Shown: positions 21,375-31,300 of the stretch, piece after piece
How positions within the stretch are numbered: the stretch's first letter is position 1
Layout of the letters: every line of letters starts with the position of its first letter
Source of the DNA: Candidatus Sericytochromatia bacterium
GTDB lineage: Bacteria > Cyanobacteriota > Sericytochromatia > UBA7694
Assembly (NCBI GenBank): GCA_015272195.1
Contig: JACYMC010000173.1
Span: 28,642-92,641, forward strand
Length of the DNA: 64,000 nt
Reading direction: 5' to 3'
The notes under the pieces: model-generated
The model's input: only the letters and a program-made list of their open reading frames with translations
Database searches by the model: none
What the model was told of the DNA's origin: nothing
Made by a program: the position numbers and the translations under genes

Positions 21375-21383
21375 TGATATAAT
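21375..21383 (+). promoter_or_regulatory. Candidate extended -10 promoter element TGATATAAT upstream of the MshEN-repeat gene
   Basis: It is an exact TGnTATAAT match 20-30 nt upstream of the AAGGA SD and the start. Confidence 0.3.
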
Positions 21384-21403
21384 AAGCCAGAGCCACAAAA
21401 AGG

Positions 21404-22048
21404 ATGCAAACCGTGTTTGGGGATAAAATCAAAGAGTTATTTCAACGCTTCTGGCCGGTCTCACCCAATGAGCCGGTAGAACCTTATCGTCTGGGACAAA
21501 TTTTGCTGCGCATGTCGGCCCTCAGCGAAGAAGACCTGCAACAGGCTCTGGCAATCAAAGAAAAACAGCCCCACAAATTACTGGGGCAGATTCTGATTGC
21601 TGAGGGGCTGTGTACCCGCGAACAGGTCTCGCGGGCAATTGAACAGCAGCAGGAAGAAACCCGCCTGGGCCAGGTGCTTTTGCGCAGCGAAATCTTAACG
21701 GTTGAGCAGTTAAACGACGCCCTGGCTGAGCAGCAACGCAGTGGGCGTTTGCTGGGTTTTATCCTGGTGGAGCGCGGTCTCTGTACCACGGATGAGTTGA
21801 AAGAGGCGCTGCGCCAGCAGCGTCACGATAATCGTCTGGGTGCACTTTTGCTGCGCGAAGATAAAATTACTGAAAAGCAGCTCGAAAAAGCCCTGGCCCT
21901 GCAGAGCGAATCCCAGGTGCTGCTGGGTGAGATTCTGGTTCAGCTTGGGTATATCTCGGCTGAAGAGCTGGAAACCTTCCTGGCCAAACAAGAAGCGATT
22001 ATGATCAAACTGCCGCGTCAAAACGCTTCCGGTTCCACGGCAGAATAG
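21404..22048 (+). CDS. Protein built of three tandem T2SS-E N-terminal (MshEN-type) domains; candidate c-di-GMP receptor
   Basis: Six 24-aa motifs alternate between RLGxxLLxxxxLxxxxLxxALxxQ and LLGxILxxxGLxxxxxxxxAxxxQ (e.g. RLGQILLRMSALSEEDLQQALAIK / LLGQILIAEGLCTREQVSRAIEQQ). An in-frame GTG at 21413 with better SD spacing is an alternative start. Confidence 0.75.
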   Translation: MQTVFGDKIKELFQRFWPVSPNEPVEPYRLGQILLRMSALSEEDLQQALAIKEKQPHKLLGQILIAEGLCTREQVSRAIEQQQEETRLGQVLLRSEILTVEQLNDALAEQQRSGRLLGFILVERGLCTTDELKEALRQQRHDNRLGALLLREDKITEKQLEKALALQSESQVLLGEILVQLGYISAEELETFLAKQEAIMIKLPRQNASGSTAE

Positions 22049-22067
22049 TTATACTGTAGTTTGTATC

Positions 22068-22139
22068 GGGCGCTTAGCTTAGTGGTAGAGCGCTGCCTTC
22101 ACACGGCAGAGGTCACTGGTTCGAGTCCAGTAGTGCCCA
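22068..22139 (+). tRNA. tRNA-Val (anticodon CAC)
   Basis: A cloverleaf was read from the sequence: acceptor GGGCGCT/AGTGCCC, D-arm GCTTAGTGGTAGAGC, anticodon stem CTGCC/GGCAG with loop TTCACAC, T-arm ACTGG TTCGAGT CCAGT. There is no encoded CCA. Confidence 0.85.
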
Positions 22140-22143
22140 CTTC

Positions 22144-22923
22144 ATGAAAATACCCCCAGTTCAATGGCGCTTTATCGCGCTTGCTATTCTTATTTTTAGC
22201 CTGAGCGTTTCAGGCTGTGCCCGCACTGTGCGTGACCTCAGCGCCCTTTCACGCCGCATTGTGCTGCAGTTCTCCGTTCAGGGCCAACTGGCTCTTAACA
22301 ACCCCAATGTGACCTATTATGTCGTGGTGAATGCGCCGCCAGAGCCGGGGCGCACTCTGGATCCGGCCACCGAAGGTCCGCGGATTAACGGGACCTCCCT
22401 CAATGACCCCCCCACCTTCCTGATTGGTCGTTTGCCCTTTACGGGCCTGTTGCCAGGCGATATTGCGTCCCAGTGGACCCACTTTTATTATCTGCAGGGC
22501 AGTGCTGACGGTCAGGGTGTTGTGGGACGGGGTATCCGGCGTAGTGATGGTACCCCTGAAGTGATTCAGCAAAATTACCCCCAGGCCCTCTGGAGCAAAC
22601 CCAGTCAATCCACCGTCGAAATTCAGATGCTTTTTTCAGATCTCTTTGCCGGCAGCGAAAGCTTCCCTGAAAACGTGGTGGTGCACCTGGCCAGCTCTGA
22701 CAGCATTGATACCGGTCAGGGCTATGTCTATGACTGGTGGCGCGCCAACATTCCTTTTGAGGTCCGTACAGCCGCCAATAACACACCAATTCAGGATGAG
22801 GATCCCAATCCTGATCTGGTGATGCGTCAGATTCCGGGTAAACCTTTTCCCCAGCTGCCACCAGGTGTTAATCCAGCGGATGTGAATATTTTTTCGTATC
22901 AGTTTCGGGTGATTGAGCTCTGA
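22144..22923 (+). CDS. Secreted lipoprotein, hypothetical
   Basis: A signal peptide with lipobox LSVSGC is present. It starts 4 nt after tRNA-Val. No family was recognised. Confidence 0.5.
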   Translation: MKIPPVQWRFIALAILIFSLSVSGCARTVRDLSALSRRIVLQFSVQGQLALNNPNVTYYVVVNAPPEPGRTLDPATEGPRINGTSLNDPPTFLIGRLPFTGLLPGDIASQWTHFYYLQGSADGQGVVGRGIRRSDGTPEVIQQNYPQALWSKPSQSTVEIQMLFSDLFAGSESFPENVVVHLASSDSIDTGQGYVYDWWRANIPFEVRTAANNTPIQDEDPNPDLVMRQIPGKPFPQLPPGVNPADVNIFSYQFRVIEL

Positions 22924-22984
22924 GTTAAATTGCTGGCTGACAGAGCGCTTGGCAAACCCCCGTATTTTTTTGTATGCTGTAGCC

Positions 22985-24082
22985 ATGGCCATTATTCCAT
23001 CTGATCAACAACCCCCGCCCAGGCCCGGTACAAAACCACCGGCGCAACCCCGGCTGGTGGCTCCGCAGCAGCAGGCGCAGGATATTTCTGAAAACAGCCT
23101 GCGCCCGCGTGAGCTTAAAGATTATCTGGGTCAGAGCGAGTTAAAGCAAAGCCTGGGTATTGCGGTGGCGGCGGCCCGCCAACGGGCTGAGGCGCTCGAT
23201 CATATGCTGTTTTATGGGCCGCCGGGGCTGGGTAAAACCACCATTTCGATGCTGATTGCTTCCGAAATGGGGACCCAGATCCGTATCACCTCAGCCCCCG
23301 CTTTGGAGCGTCCCCGTGATATTGCGGGCTTGCTGGTCTCTCTGCAGCCGGGTGATATTCTGTTTATTGACGAAATCCACCGGCTGAACAAAGTGGCCGA
23401 AGAGATTCTTTACCCGGCCATGGAAGATTTTATGCTGGATATCACCATTGGCAAAGGCCAGGCGGCCCGCATCAAACGCCTGCCGCTGAAGCCCTTTACC
23501 CTGATCGGCGCTACCACACGCGCCGGCGCCATTTCAGCCCCGCTGCGCACCCGCTTTGGTCTGGTACAACGCCTGCGTTTTTATACTGCTGAAGAAATGC
23601 AGGCTATTCTGCTTAAAAATGCTCAGATCCTGCAGATTCAGCTTTTACCCGACGGGGCTGAAGCCATTGCCCGCCGGGCGCGGGGCACGCCGCGCGTGGC
23701 CAATCGCCTGCTGAAGTGGGTGCGTGACTATGCTCAGGTGCATGCCGCAGCAGCCATTGACGCCCAGGTCGCCGCAGCGGCCCTTGACATGCTGCAGGTG
23801 GATCACGCCGGTCTCGACCCTGTAGATCGACAGATTCTGAGCACGCTTTTGCTGAATTATCAGGGGGGGCCGGTGGGGATCGACACCCTGGCGGCGGCCA
23901 TCAGCGAAGATGTCGCCACCATCGAAGACATGATCGAGCCTTTTTTGATGCAGTGCGGCTTTTTGCAGCGCACGCCGCGTGGCCGGGTGGCCACAGCGCT
24001 GGCTGCTGAACATCTGGGGCTGGATCCCCGCCTGGCTGCAGCGGCGACCCTGCCTTTATTTGAAGATCTCAGCCTGGAATAA
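22985..24082 (+). CDS. ruvB: Holliday junction branch-migration helicase RuvB
   Basis: Conserved motifs are [12 protein letters not shown], Walker [10 protein letters not shown] and [10 protein letters not shown], plus the C-terminal winged helix. The start is taken at ATG 22985 (the ORF is open to 22913). The N-terminus is Pro/Gln-rich. Confidence 0.88.
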   Translation: MAIIPSDQQPPPRPGTKPPAQPRLVAPQQQAQDISENSLRPRELKDYLGQSELKQSLGIAVAAARQRAEALDHMLFYGPPGLGKTTISMLIASEMGTQIRITSAPALERPRDIAGLLVSLQPGDILFIDEIHRLNKVAEEILYPAMEDFMLDITIGKGQAARIKRLPLKPFTLIGATTRAGAISAPLRTRFGLVQRLRFYTAEEMQAILLKNAQILQIQLLPDGAEAIARRARGTPRVANRLLKWVRDYAQVHAAAAIDAQVAAAALDMLQVDHAGLDPVDRQILSTLLLNYQGGPVGIDTLAAAISEDVATIEDMIEPFLMQCGFLQRTPRGRVATALAAEHLGLDPRLAAAATLPLFEDLSLE

Positions 24083-24521
24083 GCTGCAATTTTTGGGCCA
24101 GGGCCTGCAGAGCCAGACTGTAGCTGAGCGGGCCAAAGCCTGAAATCTGTCCCCAGACATGGGGGGTCAGTCGTGAATGATGCCGGAAGGACTCACGGGC
24201 ATGAATATTGCTTAAATGCACTTCAATCACGGGGTAAGCGATCACTTCCAGAGCATCTGCCAGGGCAATGCTGGTATGGGTATAAGCGCCGGCGTTCAGA
24301 ATCAGACCCGCTGTGCCGTCGCGCAAGCTTTCGTGCAGCCAGTCCAGCAACTGGCCCTCGTGGTTGCTCTGCTGGCACAGGAGCTGGATACCGAGTGTCA
24401 GGGCCTGGCTTTGCAGCTGGGATTCCAGCTCACTGAGGCTGAGCTGCCCGTAGTGCTGACCAGGGCGCTGCCCCAGCAGATTGAGATTGGGTCCGTTGAT
24501 GACCCGGATCAAAGCAGCCAT
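24069..24521 (-). CDS. aroQ: Type II 3-dehydroquinate dehydratase
   Basis: Conserved motifs are [37 protein letters not shown] and FRHHS. It is convergent with ruvB, overlapping by 14 nt. Confidence 0.9.
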   Translation of the reverse strand: MAALIRVINGPNLNLLGQRPGQHYGQLSLSELESQLQSQALTLGIQLLCQQSNHEGQLLDWLHESLRDGTAGLILNAGAYTHTSIALADALEVIAYPVIEVHLSNIHARESFRHHSRLTPHVWGQISGFGPLSYSLALQALAQKLQLIPG

Positions 24522-26332
24522 CGGGTGTAATGCTCCTGATTCTCGGCCAGCAGATGACCGTATTGCTGACAGGCCTGGCTGATCATATCAAAGGCTCGGG
24601 CCCGGTCGTGTCCTGCCCGCACCAGCAGCACCTCGCGGGCTTCATCGGGCTCTTTATCGGCTACATAGCGCAGGATCAGCGCCGTGGTTTTGACCGGGTT
24701 ATGTATCTGAATGTATTTGAGCAGAACGGCCAGCTTGCGTGGGCTGATGTTCAGCGGGGCCGGAAAGTCGTTGGCAGCATGAAAGATAAACTCCATATAA
24801 TCTTCGACCGCCTCATTGCGGCTGGCGGCGTCCACTTCCTGCATGACCGTTACCAGCTTGTATTTTTTTTCGTCGCCCACCCATTTGACGGCGGTTTTGG
24901 ATTCAATCCTGGCCGAGTAATCTGCCATCAGATTGCCCTCCATGCGGTTGCCACGGTAGTCAAAAATCTTGTCACGAAAGGCATACATGCCACAAAGCCT
25001 TAAGACCACCATGTCCACAGGGCTAAAGGAGTAGCGAGAGCCGTGGCGCGGGGGTTCTGCACTGACAAAGCCCAGCATAAAGCGTTCGCCAGTCCATTCG
25101 GCGTAATTGCGGATAGGCTCAATCAGGAGCGGGGGCAAAATCGGATGCATGGCGTCATCCAGCTCAAATAAATTGGTATGAATCTGGGTGATTTTTTCAA
25201 GGGCCCGCACGACATTTTGCACGGTGCAGTAGTTTTGATTCAGTGGGTCGTTCTGGCCGCGGGTATGTACGTTTAACAGCACCCGTGTGCTGGACTCCGC
25301 AATTTTAAAAGACGATTGCTGGGCTGCCGCCACGGCAAAGTTGCTGAGGGCCTGGGCGTGGCTGCGAATCAGCCGCAGGGTTTCTTCATCAAAGATGATG
25401 TCTTTGCGGTTGCGCACAGAGCCAATATCCTGGGTGCCGGCATGAATCAGTTTGGCGGTGATTTCTTTCAGCTTCTGGTTTTTAATATCCACCTCCTGAC
25501 TGTGCTCCCGGATGCGGCTTAAAATATTGATCACCTGCTCGGCGTAAGCGTCCATATCCTGGCCCAGGCGACGGTATGTTGGATCTGAAATCACCTTGCT
25601 GATTTCTTCGCGTTCTTCGGGCTGGGGATCACGGGCAGCAATCAGGCGATTGTAGTGGCGGGCCTTGCTGAGGGTTTCCTGCAGGGCCGGCACCTGCTGC
25701 ACATAGCGAAAATAAGAGTCAAAAAGCTCTTCAAGCTGGCCAAAGAGATCCCGGCTCTGGTGCAGCAGAGCATAATAGGTGTTGTTGAGAATGGTGGTCT
25801 GTTCACGTGAGACGTCACTCTGGTGTTCCAGGCTGCGGGTGGCGCGGAATTTGGCCAGGTGTTTTTTGTTGAGTCCCTCCGGCTCCAAAACCCCCAGCGC
25901 AATGGCGTTAAACTGATCCTCACTGCGATAAATGCTGTGGCTCCAGCGGGGCAGCTCGGCCTCAGGCAGATTGAGTACGCTTTCGCGCAGGGCCTGATAA
26001 ATGCTGGTGTCGAGCAATTGCATTTCAAAGCGCTGGCCTTCAGCATCTTCAAATACAACCGTATCGGCAATGGCACCGGTATTGATAAACAGGCGCTGTG
26101 CATCGTTCAGTGACTCCAGGCGGTGTTCGATCAGATAGCTTAACAGGGCCATATAGGCATGGCGCACGGTGGCCACCCGCTCGCTGATGCTGATTTTTTC
26201 ACTGTCCGGATTGAGGCTTGCTTCGCCACTCAGAATCGCCAGGGCATCGATCACGATCGAGGCAATATCATCCGGTATGCCGGCCAGGCATTCGTTCAGA
26301 TAATGGTTGATGTCAGGCGATGTGGGCTGCAC
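24509..26332 (-). CDS. Hypothetical cytoplasmic protein (607 aa), co-transcribed upstream of aroQ
   Basis: It is a long ORF with good coding periodicity and no TM or signal peptide. Its stop overlaps the aroQ start by 13 nt. No family was recognised. Confidence 0.5.
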   Translation of the reverse strand: MQPTSPDINHYLNECLAGIPDDIASIVIDALAILSGEASLNPDSEKISISERVATVRHAYMALLSYLIEHRLESLNDAQRLFINTGAIADTVVFEDAEGQRFEMQLLDTSIYQALRESVLNLPEAELPRWSHSIYRSEDQFNAIALGVLEPEGLNKKHLAKFRATRSLEHQSDVSREQTTILNNTYYALLHQSRDLFGQLEELFDSYFRYVQQVPALQETLSKARHYNRLIAARDPQPEEREEISKVISDPTYRRLGQDMDAYAEQVINILSRIREHSQEVDIKNQKLKEITAKLIHAGTQDIGSVRNRKDIIFDEETLRLIRSHAQALSNFAVAAAQQSSFKIAESSTRVLLNVHTRGQNDPLNQNYCTVQNVVRALEKITQIHTNLFELDDAMHPILPPLLIEPIRNYAEWTGERFMLGFVSAEPPRHGSRYSFSPVDMVVLRLCGMYAFRDKIFDYRGNRMEGNLMADYSARIESKTAVKWVGDEKKYKLVTVMQEVDAASRNEAVEDYMEFIFHAANDFPAPLNISPRKLAVLLKYIQIHNPVKTTALILRYVADKEPDEAREVLLVRAGHDRARAFDMISQACQQYGHLLAENQEHYTRWLL

Positions 26333-26435
26333 TGAAGTGCTCCTTGCAGTGATCGCCTGTATTTTAACACGGCTCCTGGCCGTTACAACGCGCTTTTGCT
26401 TGTTTTTCAGGCCTTTGACATGTCAGAATAAAAGA

Positions 26436-26885
26436 ATGAAAGCTTCTGTTTTGTGGCGTATACTCTGCCTGGCCTGGCTGGCGCTGACTGCGAGTGCTCT
26501 GGCTCAGCAGCGCTCGCCTGCAGAGAGTCTGCTGTATCCTGTAGCACCGGTCAGGCAACTGCAGTACGCGAAGGGCCAGACCGTTTATGCGCAGTATCTG
26601 TCTTTGCCGGTTGAGCAGGTCCTCTTGCACTTTTTGCGTCAGGCGCGTGAGCCAGCCTGGCAACTGACCTTTCCTGATGCACTGGAGGCCGAAGCCTGGC
26701 TGCGTGCCTTGCAGCAGAAACCCCAGGAACCTCCTGTCTTTATTTTAAACTTATACCATCTAAAAACAGATGTTAATGTTCACTTAACAATTGGCGGGGT
26801 TCCTGGCACAAGCCCTTCCCGGCCCCGGTCTATAATTACGGTGTACAGTACCAAACACCCTTTGGGTGGGCGTCAGGGAGGATGA
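26436..26885 (+). CDS. Small secreted protein, hypothetical
   Basis: An internal ATG at 26436 gives a signal peptide MKASVLWRILCLAWLALTASALA. The long ORF from 26307 overlaps the divergent gene. Confidence 0.4.
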   Translation: MKASVLWRILCLAWLALTASALAQQRSPAESLLYPVAPVRQLQYAKGQTVYAQYLSLPVEQVLLHFLRQAREPAWQLTFPDALEAEAWLRALQQKPQEPPVFILNLYHLKTDVNVHLTIGGVPGTSPSRPRSIITVYSTKHPLGGRQGG

Positions 26886-28203
26886 GCCAATGGCTTCAAT
26901 GGACAATCTGAGAGATAAAATCCGCTCCAGGCGTGCCAACACCAGCGAGCTGGACGGACAAAACCCCTTCAGTCAGCATTTTGAGTCTGTACCTGAGGTT
27001 GAAGCGCCTGTGCATGACAGCACAGGTCAGACGGACTCCCTGATTTCAGAGATTTTTGCAGAACCTGCTGCAGCGCCTTCGTCCGATGAGTCCAGGGCCG
27101 CCAGACCCACATCCCCTTCTGCAGAGACGGGCTTTAAGCTGTCTCTGGGTGGTCGCTTTAAGCAACTGGAGGTCAACCGCAAAATGCTGTTGATTTCGCT
27201 GGGTGTGGCGGCTTTGGCCAGCTTTCTGTCGATGGCTTACCTTAAGGGCATTGCCGAACCGCTCAAAGGCCAGTCTAAACTGGTCAAAGTGGTCACGCTG
27301 ACCCAGGATGTGCCAGCCAGAACGACCCTGAGCGAAGAGATGTTGACCATTAAAGAGGTGCCCGCAGCCTATCTGCCCGAGGGTGCCATGGTCTATGAAC
27401 CTGATATGAAGTTGCTGGGCCAGGTTGCTGTGACTTCTCTGTATAAAGGCGAAGTCCTGCACGGTAAACGCGTGTCCATGCCCAACAGCAATATGGGAAT
27501 CTCTGCTTTGACGCCAGCCGGTCATCGTGCCTTTACCATTCGCATTGATAATGCCCATCAATTTCTGCCTTCCACCCTTGAACGCGAAGAGTTTGCTGAC
27601 GTGGTGGCAACGGTCCCGGATCCCAATCCTGTGCGTCGCGGTCGCCTGATTACCATTCCGATTTTACAGAAAGCCAAAGTGCTGGCTGTCGGGGGAAGTT
27701 TTTCACCTGCTGAGCTGGCAGAGCAGACCGCACAGCCGACAGACATTACCCTGGCTGTACCTGAAGACCGGATCAATCTGATGGTGATTTTAAAAGACAA
27801 AGGTGATTTTACTGTGACTTCCCGCCCCTTTGGTGATGACAGTCTGCAACGTGAAAAATACACCATTGAAGAAATTGAAAATGCTCTGCAGGGCAAATTT
27901 GAAGCTGAAAAAGCGGAAGCCCCTGCGCCTCCTGAGCCGAGGGCTCAGTCCGTAAAAGACGAAGAGCCGGCGCCGCCGGCTCCCCTGGTCGATCTTTCTC
28001 AGCCCGCTGCACCCGCTTACCGGGCGCCTGTTCGCCGGGCGCCCGTGCAGCGCGCACCCGTACGCCGGGCGGCACCACCTCCGCGCGCCGCAGCACCCAA
28101 GCCCGCAGCCCCCAAAGCGGCGCCACCCAGGCCGGCAGCACCGCCGCCACGCCGTGCACCGGTTGTGATCAATGGTGGCGTGGTCACCCAGGGCGGCAAT
28201 TGA
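26866..28203 (+). CDS. CpaB/RcpC-family (SAF domain) pilus-assembly-like protein with a long cytoplasmic N-terminus and a Pro/Ala/Arg-rich C-terminal tail
   Basis: The TM segment is LLISLGVAALASFLSMAYL. A SAF domain follows (VTLTQDVPARTTLSEEML...GEVLHGKRV), then a CpaB C-domain (GHRAFTIRID...ADVVATVP). The tail is APVRRAPVQRAPVRRAAPPPRAAAPKPAAP. An alternative start is ATG 26890. Confidence 0.65.
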   Translation: MGVREDEPMASMDNLRDKIRSRRANTSELDGQNPFSQHFESVPEVEAPVHDSTGQTDSLISEIFAEPAAAPSSDESRAARPTSPSAETGFKLSLGGRFKQLEVNRKMLLISLGVAALASFLSMAYLKGIAEPLKGQSKLVKVVTLTQDVPARTTLSEEMLTIKEVPAAYLPEGAMVYEPDMKLLGQVAVTSLYKGEVLHGKRVSMPNSNMGISALTPAGHRAFTIRIDNAHQFLPSTLEREEFADVVATVPDPNPVRRGRLITIPILQKAKVLAVGGSFSPAELAEQTAQPTDITLAVPEDRINLMVILKDKGDFTVTSRPFGDDSLQREKYTIEEIENALQGKFEAEKAEAPAPPEPRAQSVKDEEPAPPAPLVDLSQPAAPAYRAPVRRAPVQRAPVRRAAPPPRAAAPKPAAPKAAPPRPAAPPPRRAPVVINGGVVTQGGN

Positions 28204-28307
28204 TTTTAATGTGACGGGCTCCGCTACGGCAGGCAAAAATTTTGTGCTAGAATGGACATGATTTTACCGTAATCGGGACTTATTTTGATGTCGCAAAGGA
28301 ACCCGTC

Positions 28308-31300
28308 ATGAGCAAGTTAGCCAAGCGTTGCAGTGCCCTTTTTATCGCTTCCAGTCTGGGCGGTCTTTTATCTGCCTGTCCTTCTGATCCTCCGCCCAAC
28401 ACCAATGTTCGCCCCATTCCTTCGACACCGCCGGGCCTGATCACACCCACTCCGCCCCCAGGATCGGTGATCCAACCGCCTTCACCGGGTCCGGGTTTGC
28501 CGGGTGACCCTTCACCTTTACCAACCAGCACGCCGGGCACTTCAACGGGCCTGGCCATTGCCACAACGGGCTTGCCGACAGCCGTACTCAACTTTAACTA
28601 CAGTTTTGGCCTGCAGGCCAGCGGCGGCAGCGGCTCTTATAATTGGTCGATTGTATCGGGTAACCTGCCCCGTGAACTGGGTCTGGACCCCAATACAGGC
28701 CAGATTTTTGGCCGTCCTACCCAATCGGGTTCCTTTGAATTTGAGGTCCAGGCGCTCGACAATCAAAGCGGTCAGGTCGCGCGTCAGCGCCTGTTTATTC
28801 TGGTGGCTGACAGTGATGCAGGTGTTAATACCCTCTCTGTTCTGACCAGCACCCTGACTTCGGGCGTGGTGGATCGGGGTTACTCACAGCGTCTGGAAGT
28901 GACCGGTGGGGTAGCCCCTTTCAGCTGGACCATTTCTGCAGGGGCCCTGCCGGACGGCCTGAGCCTCAATACCAACACGGGTGAAATCTCCGGCACACCC
29001 ACCCTGCGTGGCGAAGAAACCTTTACCGTACGTGTAACCGACGGTCAGGGGCGCACCCAGACCCGTACCCTGAGTATTACCATTAACCGAACTGATTCAG
29101 ACATCACGGTGCTTACGGCCAGCCTGCCGCCCGGTGTCAGCGGTACCGCCTACAACCGCACAGCCTGTGGTCAGACTTTTTCAGGTCAGCTGAGCGCGAC
29201 GGGTGGTGACGGTGATTACCGCTGGAGCGTTTCACGCGGTAATCTGCCGCCAGGTCTGACCATGAACAGCAACGGCAGTATTACGGGCACGCCAACGCAG
29301 GTAGGCTCTTATACCTTTACGGTCCGTGTGGATGACGGCGAGGAAAACTCCGCCAGCAAAGTCTTTACGGCTGAAATCAGCCAGGTACTGATTCATAATT
29401 TTACCCCGGATTCCGGTGGTAAAGGGCTGCGCATGACCATTTTTGGCGAAGGCCTCAGCAGCATGGGCGGTGGCACCCAGGTGCGTTTCGGTGATGTGCA
29501 GTCTGTACCGGGCGCTGTGAACACTGTGGTTGACTGTCAGCAGTTTCAGACCAACATTCCTGAAAACGCCAAAACGGGTCTGATTACCCTGCGCAACGGC
29601 ACAACGGATCTGGGCAGCAGCAGCAAGCCTTTTGTGGCTGAGGATGTGGTGATCAACGAGGTCTTTGTCAGTCCCGATGGTTCAGGCAATCAGTTTGTGG
29701 AACTCAAAAACCGCAGCTCAGCCTCTGTCAGCATTGCCGGTTGGTACCTGCACTATACGGGTGAAGATGGCAGTCTGGTCAGTTTCCCTATTCCTCCTGA
29801 AACACCGCCTTTGGCTACCGGCGCGCTGACTGTGATCAACATCGGTCGCAATGGCGGAACTTCCGCGACAGATATTTATACGGGCACGGGCGTACAAGAG
29901 ATGCGCTTTGATCCGCTCAACGGTACGGCCGCCGATGCCCTGACCCGCGTGGCGCTCTGTAAAGACAACCCGGTCAATCCTGGCGAAGTCTGTGCCACTA
30001 GCGCCACGGATACCAAGTACCGTGACTACCTGCAGTTTGGGGGCGCCGCTGTAGATGGCCAGGACCTGGAAAATAACGCGGTCAGCGTGGGTATCTGGTC
30101 CGACGATGCGACCCTGAGTACCACAACACTGGTTGCGCCGCTGAGTGCCGTTTCAGACGATTTTGCCGATGATAACGCAGCCCAGTTTGGTGTGGCCGAA
30201 GCGGGCAACGATAAATCGGGTCTGCTTGTGGATGACGGCAATACAAAGTTTGCGGATTATACAGGTGAAGCTGTGCTTTATTACACCCCCGAGACCGGTA
30301 CCCTGGCTAACCAGCAGCAACGCATCCGCCGCACAGTCACAGGGGTAGGTACTGGTGTTCAGGAAGACCGTGTGCGTTTGAGTGCCCCGATTTTTGAAGC
30401 CAAAATTCAGGCCACCAATACGGGTGATGGCGCTGTGGGCAACGGCATTCTGGTGGATACGGTTGAAATGCTGGGGGCACCTCGCACCACGGCACCGACT
30501 TATGCAGGTGACCTGGTCAATGTGGTTGCCGGTACGGTCCTGCGCACGGTGCTGGGACTGCAGGCTGGCCCCAGAGTTGAGCTGAGTGAGGTGCCCTTTT
30601 CTCCGACAGTGGCTGGTAATGTCAGCGATGGTGTGAATGTCGGTGGCTTTGAAGTGGCTGCGGGCAGCGTCGACCTTGTGACGGGTGCGCAGACGGTCAA
30701 TGTGACCTATGTGCGCAATCCGGGTGATCTGAGCTCTACGCAAAACTTTTCTGTGGTGCGCACGGTCTCTGGACTGAATTCTGCCACCAATCGGATTGCC
30801 ATTACCCAGGCGCTGGCTTCTGCGGCGGTGAGTGCTGACAATGAAGGCGACGGTCTGCCTGGCAGCGAGATTGAACTGACGGCCACGACCAATTTTGCTA
30901 CGGGTGACCGGGCCTTGTTTAACGGTCTGAATTGTGCCAATGCAGCACCCTGTGAATTGACGCTGGGTGGTAATCTGGTGCGTCTGGCTTCTCCGCTGGC
31001 TCAGCTTCAGATTTCAAATGACAATACGGGCAACGGTGAAGAAAGCAGCCGTTTACAGGTAACGCTAGCAAATGCTGATCGTTTCCCGGTTGATGCCAGC
31101 GTGCGTATTAATGGTCAATTACGTCAGATTCAGCAAATAACTCCGTCTTTTGGCGGTACAGAACCTTTGTTTCAGCTGAGCGCGCCTTTTCAGATGACGC
31201 TTAACAATGGAACGCCGCAGGGTGACGGCACCTCAGGCCAGGGTATTGGTGTCACGAGCACTGATGGCTTCCTGGTCAACAACCGTGTCCGGCTGGGTAA

